A stretch of 64,000 nucleotides of DNA, from NCBI GenBank assembly GCA_945901855.1, contig CAMDLT010000021.1, positions 764-64,763 of the forward strand, read 5' to 3'. Below, in pieces: positions 9,585 through 19,014 of the stretch. The notes under the pieces were generated by a model that was given only the letters and a program-made list of their open reading frames with translations, did not search any database and was not told the origin of the DNA. How positions within the stretch are numbered: the stretch's first letter is position 1; the number at the start of each line of letters is the position of its first letter. A program made the position numbers and the translations under genes. Source of the stretch: Asaia bogorensis. Lineage in GTDB: Bacteria > Pseudomonadota > Alphaproteobacteria > CACIAM-22H2.

Positions 9585-10411
9585 TGGGAAGCGACCCCAA
9601 AGCCGGACCGCTGCGCATCGCGCTGGCGCTGGCCGCGGCGGCGCTGTTCGCGCTGCCTTTGGTGTGGGCCCTTGCAACCTCCCTCAAGCCGCCGGGCGAA
9701 TATGTTTCGTCGTCGGCAACGTTGCTGCCGCGCGAATTCACGCTCATGCATTACGAGGCGCTGGCCAGTTCGCGCATCTGGCGTTTGGTGCTCAACAGCG
9801 CGATCGTGACGCTCGGCACGACGGCGCTTGCATTGGCAGCGGCGCTGCCCGCGGCCTATGCGCTCGCACGCCTTGCGTTTCCGCGCCGTCTCGATACGGC
9901 TTTCCTCGCTCTCGTGCTGATTGTGAAGCTAACCCCGCCGATTGTGCTGGCGGTACCCCTCTATCAGGTGCTGCGCACGTTGAGGCTGCTGGATACGTTG
10001 GCAGGGCTCGTGCTGGTCAATCAGATTTATGCGTTGCCGTTTGCGATCTGGATGCTTCTGGGTTTCGTTCGCGACGTGCCCGTCGCCTACGAGGAGGCAG
10101 CCGCCATCGACGGCGCCGGCCTCGCGCGCCGGATCGTCCAGATCGTCGTCCCCGTGTTGGGGCCTGGGTTGGCGGCAACGGGCGTACTGGTCGCGATCGC
10201 GGCGTGGAACGAGTTTCTGTTTGCGTTCCTGTTCGTGCAGTCGCCTTCGAATTTCACCCTGCCGACTTACGTTGCCACGCGCATCAACGAAGACGAGACG
10301 CTGTGGGGCCAGCTTTCGGCGATCGGCGTTTTGGCATCGCTGCCGATCCTGGCGATGGTCGGCTTCGTGCATCGCGCCTTGTCGCGCGGCTTTGCGGGCG
10401 GAATGAACTGA
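9584..10411 (+). CDS. ABC transporter permease (MalG-like)
   Basis: ATG at 9584 overlaps the upstream stop. EAA loop YEEAAAIDGAGLARRIVQIVVP. No ATPase gene follows. Confidence 0.8.
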   Translation: MGSDPKAGPLRIALALAAAALFALPLVWALATSLKPPGEYVSSSATLLPREFTLMHYEALASSRIWRLVLNSAIVTLGTTALALAAALPAAYALARLAFPRRLDTAFLALVLIVKLTPPIVLAVPLYQVLRTLRLLDTLAGLVLVNQIYALPFAIWMLLGFVRDVPVAYEEAAAIDGAGLARRIVQIVVPVLGPGLAATGVLVAIAAWNEFLFAFLFVQSPSNFTLPTYVATRINEDETLWGQLSAIGVLASLPILAMVGFVHRALSRGFAGGMN

Positions 10412-10450
10412 ACGCGGTTGCGGCAGCGCTGCAAAGGGACGACAAGCGCG

Positions 10451-11299
10451 TTACACGGCAAGACTTCCGATCGCGAAGCCGAGCGCGGCAACAGTTGCGG
10501 CGACGAGTGCCAGCGGAACAAGCGGGTGGATGTTGTTGAGCCTGCGGAACAGATTGCACAGGAAACCAACGGCGACTTGCGGCGGCGTACGCGGGCTCTT
10601 GGCGTATTCCATGGCCGCTTTCACGACGTAGAACACCCCGGTATTGGCGGCGAACGCCGCGTGCCGCAGGAACGTGGCGCCGCGCGGCACGATCAGATAG
10701 TTGCACTTGAGCAGGATGCGCTGGCGATCTGCAGGATTGTACTGTCCTTCGACCCAATGCAGCTCGCGATGGAAATCGAGCAAGCCAAAATCGTATGTGG
10801 CGAACGCTTTTTCGACGCCGCTGTCGTGGAACACGACCTTGTAGGTCGCGTCCGACTGCAGATAGATCAGCGCGCGCACGACGACGCTTCCCGACAGGAA
10901 GCGCAGATTGCCGTCGTAGTGCCGGTCGAAAAGACCCTGGTCGCCGCCGCGATCCATGTTGTAGTGCGACAGATACAGCTCGTCGGTGTGCTTCATCGCC
11001 ACGATTTCGCAGCCGTCGGGAACGTGGCGCTCGATCAGGGTGCGGATCGGCGCGCCGTCGCGCAGGCGGTCGATCCGTTCGATCGTCGCTTCCGGCAGGG
11101 TGCGAACATAGACATGCTTCGACGGCCGCTGAAGCATCTCCTCGCGATACTGCGTCTCCGCCCATTGGACCAGACCGTCGACCGTCGCCCGGTCGACTGG
11201 ATCGTCGAACCGGCCGAGAGTCGCTGGAAAAAGCCGCGCGGCGCGGGCTTTGGGCCCGGCGTCGGCGCTTGGGTCGGTCAGATTCAGCGTACCGCTCAT
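10451..11299 (-). CDS. Uncharacterised 283-aa protein with a C-terminal transmembrane anchor (possibly an oxygenase-like lipid-modifying enzyme)
   Basis: ATG at 11299 with an AAGGAGAG RBS; the start overlaps the stop of the upstream gene (ATGA). Soluble body with an H-x-D...H pattern (MKHTDE...HRELHW), then a hydrophobic tail HPLVPLALVAATVAALGFAIGSLAV. The listed ORF 10451..11932 includes a non-coding N-terminal extension that overlaps the neighbouring gene. Confidence 0.5.
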   Translation of the reverse strand: MSGTLNLTDPSADAGPKARAARLFPATLGRFDDPVDRATVDGLVQWAETQYREEMLQRPSKHVYVRTLPEATIERIDRLRDGAPIRTLIERHVPDGCEIVAMKHTDELYLSHYNMDRGGDQGLFDRHYDGNLRFLSGSVVVRALIYLQSDATYKVVFHDSGVEKAFATYDFGLLDFHRELHWVEGQYNPADRQRILLKCNYLIVPRGATFLRHAAFAANTGVFYVVKAAMEYAKSPRTPPQVAVGFLCNLFRRLNNIHPLVPLALVAATVAALGFAIGSLAV

Positions 11300-12081
11300 C
11301 GTGCTCTCCTTGAAATTTCCTCGGGCTCGGATACGCGCGCATAGCTGCGATACAGCACGCCTGCACAGGCGACGGCTGCCGCGATCTGCAGCCAAGTGAC
11401 CGGCGACATCGACATCGGCGTTTGCGAAACGAGGCCGGGTAGCACGAATGCCGCAGCAAAAAGCACACCCGCGAAGACGAAGCTGCCAAATCGCACGAGG
11501 CGCGCGCGCGGCGCATCGGCCAGTTCCATCGCGAGCAATCCGACATTGAGCGCGACATGGGTGCACGCAAGCGGCCACCACTGGCGGGCAAATTCCGGAT
11601 TGAGAAGCGTGCCGCCGAAAGCTGCGATATTTCCTGCAATCATCGGATGCGCGATCAGCGAATAGGGAAACGCCGTGACCCGCAGCGGCGGCATGCCCGC
11701 AACCTCGTGACCGTAGTAGGTTCGCTCGAACCCCAGCACCCTCGCGGCCCGGATGTTCAGCAGCGCGCCGCCCGCAACGACCGCAAGCGAAACGAGGTCG
11801 AGCGGGACCGCGAAATAGGCCGTCGCCAGGATCGCGACCGAGACGCTCTTCATCGCCACCGCATCGCGCTTGAAAACCGCAAACCGGACCGCGCCAAAGG
11901 CAAACGCGAGCCAGTAAAGATAGTATTGCCAAAAACTCAAGAGATAGACCGCCAATTCGGACCGCCGCTCGGCGACGGCACCCAGGCCGACGATCACCAC
12001 GAACAGGCCGCAGGCCAATGTGGACCCGTTGCGCTCAACAAGGGCGCGCGGCGAAAACTTGCGTTGCGACGATGTGGCCAT
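11296..12081 (-). CDS. Polytopic membrane protein, weak PEMT/ICMT-like methyltransferase-fold resemblance
   Basis: Multiple TM segments and a conserved-looking region FPYSLIAHPMIAGNIAAFGG. Translationally coupled to the downstream gene. Confidence 0.4.
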   Translation of the reverse strand: MATSSQRKFSPRALVERNGSTLACGLFVVIVGLGAVAERRSELAVYLLSFWQYYLYWLAFAFGAVRFAVFKRDAVAMKSVSVAILATAYFAVPLDLVSLAVVAGGALLNIRAARVLGFERTYYGHEVAGMPPLRVTAFPYSLIAHPMIAGNIAAFGGTLLNPEFARQWWPLACTHVALNVGLLAMELADAPRARLVRFGSFVFAGVLFAAAFVLPGLVSQTPMSMSPVTWLQIAAAVACAGVLYRSYARVSEPEEISRRAR

Positions 12082-12341
12082 TCAAAAAAGCCGATAGTTC
12101 GAGATCACGGAAGCGAAGCGAAGAACACCCAAACGATAGCGCCCGATTGTGTCAGCCGCGTGACCCGCATGCCCTTTGCTGCCGTCGGCGCAAAGCCATT
12201 TTCGGTCAATGCAGGGACGGCGATGGTTGGTCGCCGATCGGTCATCTTTCCGTCATAAATCGGCAATTTTGCCGTCACCGTCGGCGAATATCGTCCAAAG
12301 ACGCGATGTTTTTGTCGCGCACCCCAGCATCTGGACCTGCC

Positions 12342-14543
12342 ATGCGCCTTGCGCCCGTCTTTGCCGTCGCCCTTCTGCTGCCAGCCGCCGTGCACGCCCA
12401 AGAGCCACGGGTGTTCGATCGTATTGCGACCATCGAGGCGGTGCGCATGCTGCCGCCCGATCGCGATCGCACAAAGCGCTCGATCGCGGAAATCGTCGCG
12501 GCAACCGAAGACGGCAACATGCTCGTCTATGTCGACGGCGAGCAAAACGGGCTCGGATTTGTCGATATCGCGGATCCAGCCGCGCCGCGCCCGGCGGGTT
12601 TCCTGCCGCTCGCAGGCGAAGCCACGTCGGTTGCCGTGCGCGGTCCGCGCGCCTATGCGGTCGTCGACACGTCGCCCAACAAGCGCGAAGTCGCGGGCTA
12701 TGTTGCCGTTGTCGACATCGCGTCGCGCCGCGAACTGATGCGCTGCGACCTTGGCGGCCAGCCCGACTCCACGCTCGTCAGCCGCGACGGCCGGTTCCTT
12801 GTGGTCGTCATCGAAAACGAGCGCGACGAGCGCTTGGACCGCGGCGCCCTGCCGCAGCTTCCGGGCGGGAACCTCACGATCCTGCCGCTGTCGAATGCCG
12901 GGCTCGACTGCGCGGGTCTGCGCCGCGTCGACCTCACGGGGCTTGCGGCGGTCGCGCCCGAGGATCCGGAACCCGAATTCGTCGACGTCAATTCGCGCGG
13001 CGAAGCGGTCGTCACGTTCCAGGAGAACAACCATATCGCGATCGTCGACCTTGCGAGCGCCCGCGTCACCGCGCATTTCACAGCCGGCACGGTTACGCTC
13101 GAGCAAGTCGATGCGACGCGCGACGGCGTCATCCGGCCGGTCCAGCGTCTCGAAAATGTCGTGCGCGAGCCCGATGCCGTGAAGTGGCTCGACGACGAGC
13201 GTTTCGTGACGGCCAACGAGGGCGATTACCGCAACGGTTCGCGCGGATTCACGATCTTTCGTCGCGACGGGACCGTCGAATGGGATTCCGGGAATTTCCT
13301 CGAACATCTTGCGATTTCGCTGGGCCACTATCCCGAACTGCGCTCGGGCAATCGCGGCAACGAACCCGAAGGCATGGAAGTTGCGACCTTCGACGGCGAG
13401 CGGTTGATCTTCGTTGGATCCGAACGCGCATCGCTCGTGACGGTTTGGCGCGACGAGGGTGCGGGCCGCGCACCGACCTTCCTGCAGGCGCTGCCTGCCG
13501 GGGCCGGCCCCGAAGGATTGCTTGCGATCCCGACGCGCGGTCTGTTCGTGGCGGCTGCCGAGGTCGACAATCCGGAAACCGGTTTGCGGTCGACGCTGAC
13601 CATCTATCGTCGCGGCACCGGCACATCGTCGTATCCGACGATCCGCTCGGAAAACGGCACCGATGGCGTGCCGCTCGCGTGGGGGGCATTGTCCGGCCTT
13701 GCCGCCGACCCGCAGGTCGCCGGACGCCTTTATGCCGTCACGGACTCGTTCTACGCAGAGGCGCGCATCCTGACCGTCGATGCGACGCGCATGCCCGCGC
13801 GGATCGTATCGGCCGTGACGGTTTCGCGCGACGGCAAGCCCGCGGCCGACCTCGATATCGAGGGCATCGCTGCGCGTGCAGGCGGGGGCTTCTGGCTCGC
13901 CTCGGAAGGCAATCCCGAGCGCCAGCAGGGCGCGCTCGCCGACCGGCTGCTGCGTGTTGCAGCCGACGGCAGCATCGAGGCGGAGTACGTGCTTCCCGAA
14001 GCGTTGTCGCGCCACGCGCTGCGTTTCGGCTTCGAGGGCGTAACGGCGACCGGCAGCGGAACCGACGAAACCGTCTGGATCGCCGTCCAGCGCGAATGGA
14101 AGGACGACCCGAAGGGCCACGCCAAGATTCTTCGCTTTCGGCCGACCACGCAGGAATGGGGCGTACTGCACTATCCGCTTGGCGAGACGCCCGCAGGCTG
14201 GATGGGGCTGTCGGAAATTGCGGCCGACGGCGCCGACGCCTTCATCGTTATCGAGCGCAACAACCAGTGGGGCGATCAGGCGGTAAAGCGGCTGTACCGG
14301 TTCTCGGTCGCAGGCCTGGTGCCGGCCGCACCCGGGGCGGCAGCCGTGCCGGTCGTCGCCAAGACGCTGCTGCGCGACATGGTGCCGGAGCTTGCAAAGC
14401 CGCGCGGCACGGTGCAGGAAAAGCTCGAAGGTTTCGCCATCGACCGGACCGGCGCGATGTACGCCGTGACCGACAATGACGGCGTGCAGGGGACCTCCGG
14501 CGAAACGCAGTTCCTGCGCCTGGGCCAAGTGCCGCGACGCTGA
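12342..14543 (+). CDS. Secreted beta-propeller protein, phytase-like / esterase-like-activity-of-phytase family (about 733 aa)
   Basis: ATG at 12342. Signal peptide MRLAPVFAVALLLPAAVHA|QE. Repeated strand-rich modules (LVYVDGEQNGLGFVDI..., RLYAVTDSFY..., AMYAVTDNDG...). The listed ORF starts at 12018 upstream. Confidence 0.55.
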   Translation: MRLAPVFAVALLLPAAVHAQEPRVFDRIATIEAVRMLPPDRDRTKRSIAEIVAATEDGNMLVYVDGEQNGLGFVDIADPAAPRPAGFLPLAGEATSVAVRGPRAYAVVDTSPNKREVAGYVAVVDIASRRELMRCDLGGQPDSTLVSRDGRFLVVVIENERDERLDRGALPQLPGGNLTILPLSNAGLDCAGLRRVDLTGLAAVAPEDPEPEFVDVNSRGEAVVTFQENNHIAIVDLASARVTAHFTAGTVTLEQVDATRDGVIRPVQRLENVVREPDAVKWLDDERFVTANEGDYRNGSRGFTIFRRDGTVEWDSGNFLEHLAISLGHYPELRSGNRGNEPEGMEVATFDGERLIFVGSERASLVTVWRDEGAGRAPTFLQALPAGAGPEGLLAIPTRGLFVAAAEVDNPETGLRSTLTIYRRGTGTSSYPTIRSENGTDGVPLAWGALSGLAADPQVAGRLYAVTDSFYAEARILTVDATRMPARIVSAVTVSRDGKPAADLDIEGIAARAGGGFWLASEGNPERQQGALADRLLRVAADGSIEAEYVLPEALSRHALRFGFEGVTATGSGTDETVWIAVQREWKDDPKGHAKILRFRPTTQEWGVLHYPLGETPAGWMGLSEIAADGADAFIVIERNNQWGDQAVKRLYRFSVAGLVPAAPGAAAVPVVAKTLLRDMVPELAKPRGTVQEKLEGFAIDRTGAMYAVTDNDGVQGTSGETQFLRLGQVPRR

Positions 14544-14915
14544 AACGCGACACCGGGGGCGATGCAATAATTTGCCGCGTCGAAGCCTATTACGCCGTGA
14601 GCCCGTCGATATAGGAAACGCTCTCGCACAGCGAGCGCTGCAACGCGCGATCGTCGGTGCGACTTCGGCGACTTCCAGCCATAGGGTTGCGCTGCGGCAT
14701 TTGCCGACGGCGGACGCGGGGCACCTTGCCCGTTAAATCGCCGGATTCGACCTAATCGGGTAAATCGGAAGTTGGATTGGCAGGTGTGGCAACGCGCCCC
14801 TGGCGCGGACGCGCGGCAAGGTGCAGCGGGACGAGAACGCCCGGCACCGGTGCAAGCGTCGGAAAATACCCCCGCGATGCGTGCCGAGATCGCACTTGCG
14901 CTTGCGGCGCCTGCC

Positions 14916-15479
14916 TCAGATCTGAAAGCGCAGGTTCGAAATGATGATTCGCTTGCCGAGTTCGATCGAGCTGATCTTCTTCCAGTCGAGCTGCGGCAAC
15001 ATCGCGCGCAATTCGTTTTCGGAATGGCTGAAAAAATCGATCGAACCGAAGATCCGATCCACCGTCGTGCCGTCCTCGGACAAAGGCAGGGCGACATGCT
15101 CGACGGCGAGCTTGATGCCGGTCTGCGTCGTGATCGAGGATTCGTCGACGACGGGCAGCTTCATCTGCACGGTGTAGACGAGATTCCGCCGCCACTCCTC
15201 CTCCCAGCCGCCGATTTGCAAATCCAGCAGCATTTTCCCAGTGCCGTCCTGCTGGAGACGTTCGCTGATCGACGTTCCCACCAATCGAAATTTAAACCAG
15301 GTGCCGAGTTCGTCACGCATGACTTCGGCGATGTAAATGTAGGGCAGTTCCGGCAGCAATTCGGCCGGAATTACGTCGGGCTGCATATCGCGCCTGTTTG
15401 GCATGGCCTTCTTGCCGCACGCCGAAACCCAATGCGCATAGACATGCGCGTTGCGTTTGCTCGCCAATATCAGTCGCAT
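14916..15479 (-). CDS. Small single-domain PAS-fold protein (alphaproteobacterial stand-alone PAS-domain family)
   Basis: The region PDVIPAELLPELPYIYIAEVMRDELGTWFKFRLVGTSISERL resembles the roughly 160-aa stand-alone PAS proteins common in alphaproteobacteria. The start may be the internal M at 15404. Confidence 0.5.
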   Translation of the reverse strand: MRLILASKRNAHVYAHWVSACGKKAMPNRRDMQPDVIPAELLPELPYIYIAEVMRDELGTWFKFRLVGTSISERLQQDGTGKMLLDLQIGGWEEEWRRNLVYTVQMKLPVVDESSITTQTGIKLAVEHVALPLSEDGTTVDRIFGSIDFFSHSENELRAMLPQLDWKKISSIELGKRIIISNLRFQI

Positions 15480-15579
15480 TGACTAGCCTTTCTTGTAAAA
15501 AGCTGGCCCGCCTGCGGGACGCTTGATCGATCGTTTGAATACAAATCATGATACAGCAATCGGCGATACCGAAACAGCG

Positions 15580-16362
15580 CTATCTCCGCGGATCCATTTG
15601 CCCGCCGGACGTCGCTGCCAACCCTGCGAGCGCGCTGGCGCCAACCAACGCGATCGCGGGCCACAGCCACAGCCACCACGCCAATCCGATCAAAGCGAAT
15701 CCGCTGGCTGCCATCTGGCCCCAGCTGGTCGACTGCGGATCGCCAAGTCCGACAAAGGCCAAAGCGGCCTCGGCCAAAATGGCGCCGCCGAACACGATGC
15801 CGAGCGTTGCCGTCAACGACGGCAGCAAGTGGCCAACCAGATGCCGACGCGCGATATAGAAGGGCGTAGCACCGAGCGCCCGGGCGGCGCGCACACGTTC
15901 GGCGGCAAGCAGCGCTTGCGTTTCCGCGCGCACGATCCGCGCGACAAGCGGCCAGCGCGTCAAACCCAAGAGCAGCGCGAGGTTCGCAAGCGAACCGCCG
16001 AACAGCGCGCCGACCAGCACCGCCAACAGAAGCGTCGGCAAGCTTGCGACGATTTCGGCGACGCGCATCGTCGCTTCGTCGACAAGCCGCGAGCCGAGAG
16101 CTGCCACAAGCCCGACCGAGAGCCCGAGGCAAAGTGCGAGCGCCGTCGCGGCGGCCGCAACCGACAGCGACGTGCGCCCGCCTTGCAGCAGCGCCGCCAG
16201 CATGTCGCGTCCCAGATCGTCGGTGCCAAGCGGATGCAAAAAACTTGGCGCCAGCAGCGGCGCGTATGTTGGCAAGCTTGCAAGCATGCCCGACGGCGCC
16301 CACAGCAGGCACGCAAAAAAGAGCGCCGCCAAGCATCCGGCCGCAATTTTTGCGGCGATCAT
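15580..16362 (-). CDS. ABC permease, DppC/NikC-like (peptide/nickel family)
   Basis: ATG at 16362 overlaps the upstream stop. BPD_transp_1 protein with an N-terminal TM segment. The listed ORF 15580..17127 carries an out-of-context extension. Confidence 0.8.
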   Translation of the reverse strand: MIAAKIAAGCLAALFFACLLWAPSGMLASLPTYAPLLAPSFLHPLGTDDLGRDMLAALLQGGRTSLSVAAAATALALCLGLSVGLVAALGSRLVDEATMRVAEIVASLPTLLLAVLVGALFGGSLANLALLLGLTRWPLVARIVRAETQALLAAERVRAARALGATPFYIARRHLVGHLLPSLTATLGIVFGGAILAEAALAFVGLGDPQSTSWGQMAASGFALIGLAWWLWLWPAIALVGASALAGLAATSGGQMDPRR

Positions 16363-17318
16363 GGTGCGGGCCTTGGAATGCGCGGATCGAGAAATTGCGC
16401 GAGCAGATCGGCCAGCAGATTGGCAAGCCACGCGACGGCGCAGGCGGTCACGACCGTGCCGACCAGCACGGGATGGTCGCGCGCCAAGGCTGCGCTGACC
16501 GCCAGGCGCCCCACGCCCGGCAAACCAAAAGCGACCCCGATCGCCAGCGCCCCGCCCACCAAATTGCCGACGCGCACGCCCGTCAAGGCGACGACCGGCA
16601 GCAGCGCGTTTGGCAATGCGTGGCGGCGCAACGTTTGGGCCTGCGACAAGCCGCGCGCCCGTGCCGCCGTCGCGTAGGGCAACCGCATTTGCTCGATCAC
16701 GCCCGCACGCACCAGCAAAGCTGTGAAACAAAGCTGGTGCAGGGCGATCGCAAGTACGGGCAACACAAGGTGTCGCGCGCGTTCGACCAGCAATGCCAAG
16801 CCGTCCGTTGCGGGTGCACGCGAATCGGCAATGCCTTGCACGGGCAGCAGCCCGGCCCATACCGCCAGCAGCAGCACCAACGCCTGTGCCAAGATGAAAG
16901 ACGGCACGGCGTGGAAGCCCGCGAACAACGCGACGGGCCATCGCCGGGGCGAAGCGGCGGCCCAGGCGCCAATTGCAGTTCCAAACATAACTGCAAGCAG
17001 CGCCGCCGACACCACCAAGACGGCGGTCAGCGGCAGCCGTTCCAGGATCAACGCTGCAACCGGACGCTGTTCGCGCCACGAAACGCCCAAATCGCCGCGC
17101 GTCAGGCGCACGATCCAGTCGCGCCAAACTTCCACGCCCGGCCGATCGAGCCCGTAGCGGGCCGCGACTTCCTCCAGATAGCCGGGCGCGCCGTATTCGC
17201 CCGCAAGCCCGACAGCGGGACCCCCCGGTGCATGCCAGACCAGCACAAACGCGACGCTTGCGGCGGCCAGCACGGCCAGCGTTCCGAACAAGATCCGTTG
17301 CAGCAGAAAAACGACCAT
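16359..17318 (-). CDS. ABC permease, DppB/NikB-like
   Basis: ATG at 17318 (MVVFLLQRILFGTLAVL...). Typical DppB N-terminus and six TM segments. Confidence 0.8.
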   Translation of the reverse strand: MVVFLLQRILFGTLAVLAAASVAFVLVWHAPGGPAVGLAGEYGAPGYLEEVAARYGLDRPGVEVWRDWIVRLTRGDLGVSWREQRPVAALILERLPLTAVLVVSAALLAVMFGTAIGAWAAASPRRWPVALFAGFHAVPSFILAQALVLLLAVWAGLLPVQGIADSRAPATDGLALLVERARHLVLPVLAIALHQLCFTALLVRAGVIEQMRLPYATAARARGLSQAQTLRRHALPNALLPVVALTGVRVGNLVGGALAIGVAFGLPGVGRLAVSAALARDHPVLVGTVVTACAVAWLANLLADLLAQFLDPRIPRPAP

Positions 17319-17325
17319 GCCCGCG

Positions 17326-18882
17326 TCAGCGAAGGCGCCGCGCGCGTTCGGCAACTTGCCCGGTCCACGGTGCGAAATCGGCGAAATTGTCGCGCCACGC
17401 GGCCGTGAAATCGGTTTCGACGAGCCACCAATAGGGCAAGTCGCGCGCAAGGATCGTTTGCGCTTCGCGATAGATGTGCCCACGCGCGGCATCGCCGGGC
17501 AAGGTTGCCGCGCGGTCGAACAGCGCATCGAGATCGCGATTGCGGTAGCCGGCCGCATTGGAAAACGGCACGTTGCCCACGGCCGCCGAATGCACCATCC
17601 GCCGGACGCCGATTTCGGGGTCGGTGCCGTTGCAGTACGAGACGAGCGCCAGATCGAAATCGCGTTGCGCGAACACGGTCTGGGCGAGCGCGGCCGGGTC
17701 CATCAAGCGCGCGCGCAACCCAATGCCGAGCGGCGCCAGCTGCTGGCGCAGAATGTCCGACCAGCGCGCGAAGGACGGAAATAGCGCGATATCGAGCGTC
17801 GCGCGCACGCCGTTTGGCCCGCGCAGCAAGCCGCCCGCATCGAGCAAGCGGTTGGCTTCGGGCCCATCGCCGCCCATCGACGCAAAGGTTGCCGGACGAT
17901 GCGCCCACGCGATACCCGATGCGATCGGCGCTTGCGCCACGCGGCCTTGGCCGAACGCCACCTGATCGAGCATGCGTTGGCGGTCGAGCCCGGCGGCGAA
18001 CGCCTGTCGCAAGGCAAGATTGCCGGTCGTCGGCCGATCGAGATTGAACGCGAGCGTCATCGTGCAGTTGGACCCGCCCGCCGCCGCACGCGTATCGACA
18101 AGCGCCACGCCGCGGCCGCGCAGCCGTGCGGCATCGGGAGCCGACACGCGCGCCAGCATGTCCACTTCGCCCGCCAGCAGCGCGTTCACCTGCGTGTTCG
18201 CGTCGGGGACGATGCGGAATACGATCCGGTCCAGATGCGGCAACCCCGCTTTGAAATAGGCCGGGTTGCGCGTCAAAACGACCTGGTCGTCGCGTCGATA
18301 GCTGTCGAACGCAAACGGCCCCGTGCCGACGGGCCGCAGATTGGCCGAGTTCGTCGCGGGGTCGGTATCGGCAAAAAGATGGGCAGGCACGATCGGCGCT
18401 TCGACGACATCGAGCTGGCGCAGCAAGGCCGGATGCGGGCGACGCAACCGAAAGCGCACGGCATGCGCGCTCTCGATTTGGATCGCGGCAATGGCCGGGG
18501 CAAGGCCTGCACGCGCGCGCGCGTGGAAGCGCAGCAGCACATGCTCGAAACCGACCTTCACATCGGTTGCCGTGAAGGGTCTGCCATCGTGCCAACGCAC
18601 GTCGGGGCGCAGACGGAACAAGACACTGAGCCCGTCGTCCGAAACCTCCCACGCGGCGGCGAGATCCGGCTGCGGGTTGCCTTCTTCGTCGAGCGCCACC
18701 AAGCCATTGAACAGCGAGCCCGCCACCGCATGCAGCGGCCCGGCGGTGGAAATGGCGGGATTGAGATGGCCCGGATCGCCCGACACGGCAATGACGGCCG
18801 TCCCGCCGCCGCCTTGCGCTACGGCCGAAGCCGCAACCAAAAGCGCCGACATCGCGGCAAAAAACAGACGGCCAAAACGCAT
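17326..18882 (-). CDS. ABC substrate-binding protein, family 5 (NikA/DppA-like; nickel-type by its NikR neighbour)
   Basis: ATG at 18882 with a GGAGAAG RBS. Signal peptide MRFGRLFFAAMSALLVAASAVAQ, then an SBP_bac_5 body. The listed 1242-aa ORF 17326..21054 is an antisense artefact beyond 18882. Confidence 0.8.
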   Translation of the reverse strand: MRFGRLFFAAMSALLVAASAVAQGGGGTAVIAVSGDPGHLNPAISTAGPLHAVAGSLFNGLVALDEEGNPQPDLAAAWEVSDDGLSVLFRLRPDVRWHDGRPFTATDVKVGFEHVLLRFHARARAGLAPAIAAIQIESAHAVRFRLRRPHPALLRQLDVVEAPIVPAHLFADTDPATNSANLRPVGTGPFAFDSYRRDDQVVLTRNPAYFKAGLPHLDRIVFRIVPDANTQVNALLAGEVDMLARVSAPDAARLRGRGVALVDTRAAAGGSNCTMTLAFNLDRPTTGNLALRQAFAAGLDRQRMLDQVAFGQGRVAQAPIASGIAWAHRPATFASMGGDGPEANRLLDAGGLLRGPNGVRATLDIALFPSFARWSDILRQQLAPLGIGLRARLMDPAALAQTVFAQRDFDLALVSYCNGTDPEIGVRRMVHSAAVGNVPFSNAAGYRNRDLDALFDRAATLPGDAARGHIYREAQTILARDLPYWWLVETDFTAAWRDNFADFAPWTGQVAERARRLR

Positions 18883-18934
18883 CGCCGGAACTTCTCCAAT
18901 CCAACCCCAAAACGAGGCGGCGGCAGAATAAGCT

Positions 18935-18948
18935 GATTTTGATAAATC
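18935..18948. promoter_or_regulatory. Inverted repeat GATTT-TGAT-AAATC in the nikR / nikA-like divergent intergenic region (candidate operator)
   Basis: 5-4-5 palindrome between divergent start codons. A GCATAC hexamer (TCATAC-like) lies just downstream. The full E. coli NikR box GTATGA-N16-TCATAC is not present. Confidence 0.3.
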
Positions 18949-19014
18949 CGCATACTGTCTTTCGCGCCTGCGAGAAACCCGATAGGAAGGTCGAAACGGC
19001 GGACGGAGAAACCC

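Noticed and set aside
10451-11299. Naming the 283-aa protein LpxO/OlsC (lipid beta-hydroxylase)
   Set aside because: Only a loose HxD...H pattern and a C-terminal anchor support it. I could not align the AspH-family signature with confidence, so it stays 'uncharacterised, possibly oxygenase-like'.
12105-14567. 820-aa minus-strand ORF, plus other long antisense ORFs (8352..9677, 15523..16677, 26251..28335, 46495..48447, 48871..50424, 22787..23902)
   Set aside because: All lie opposite well-supported genes, have low-complexity Arg/Ala/Gly-rich translations, and have no RBS. They are GC-driven open frames.
18883-19014. Canonical E. coli-type NikR operator (GTATGA-N16-TCATAC)
   Set aside because: Not present. 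Only a GCATAC hexamer and a different short palindrome were found, so I report a candidate site only, at low confidence.
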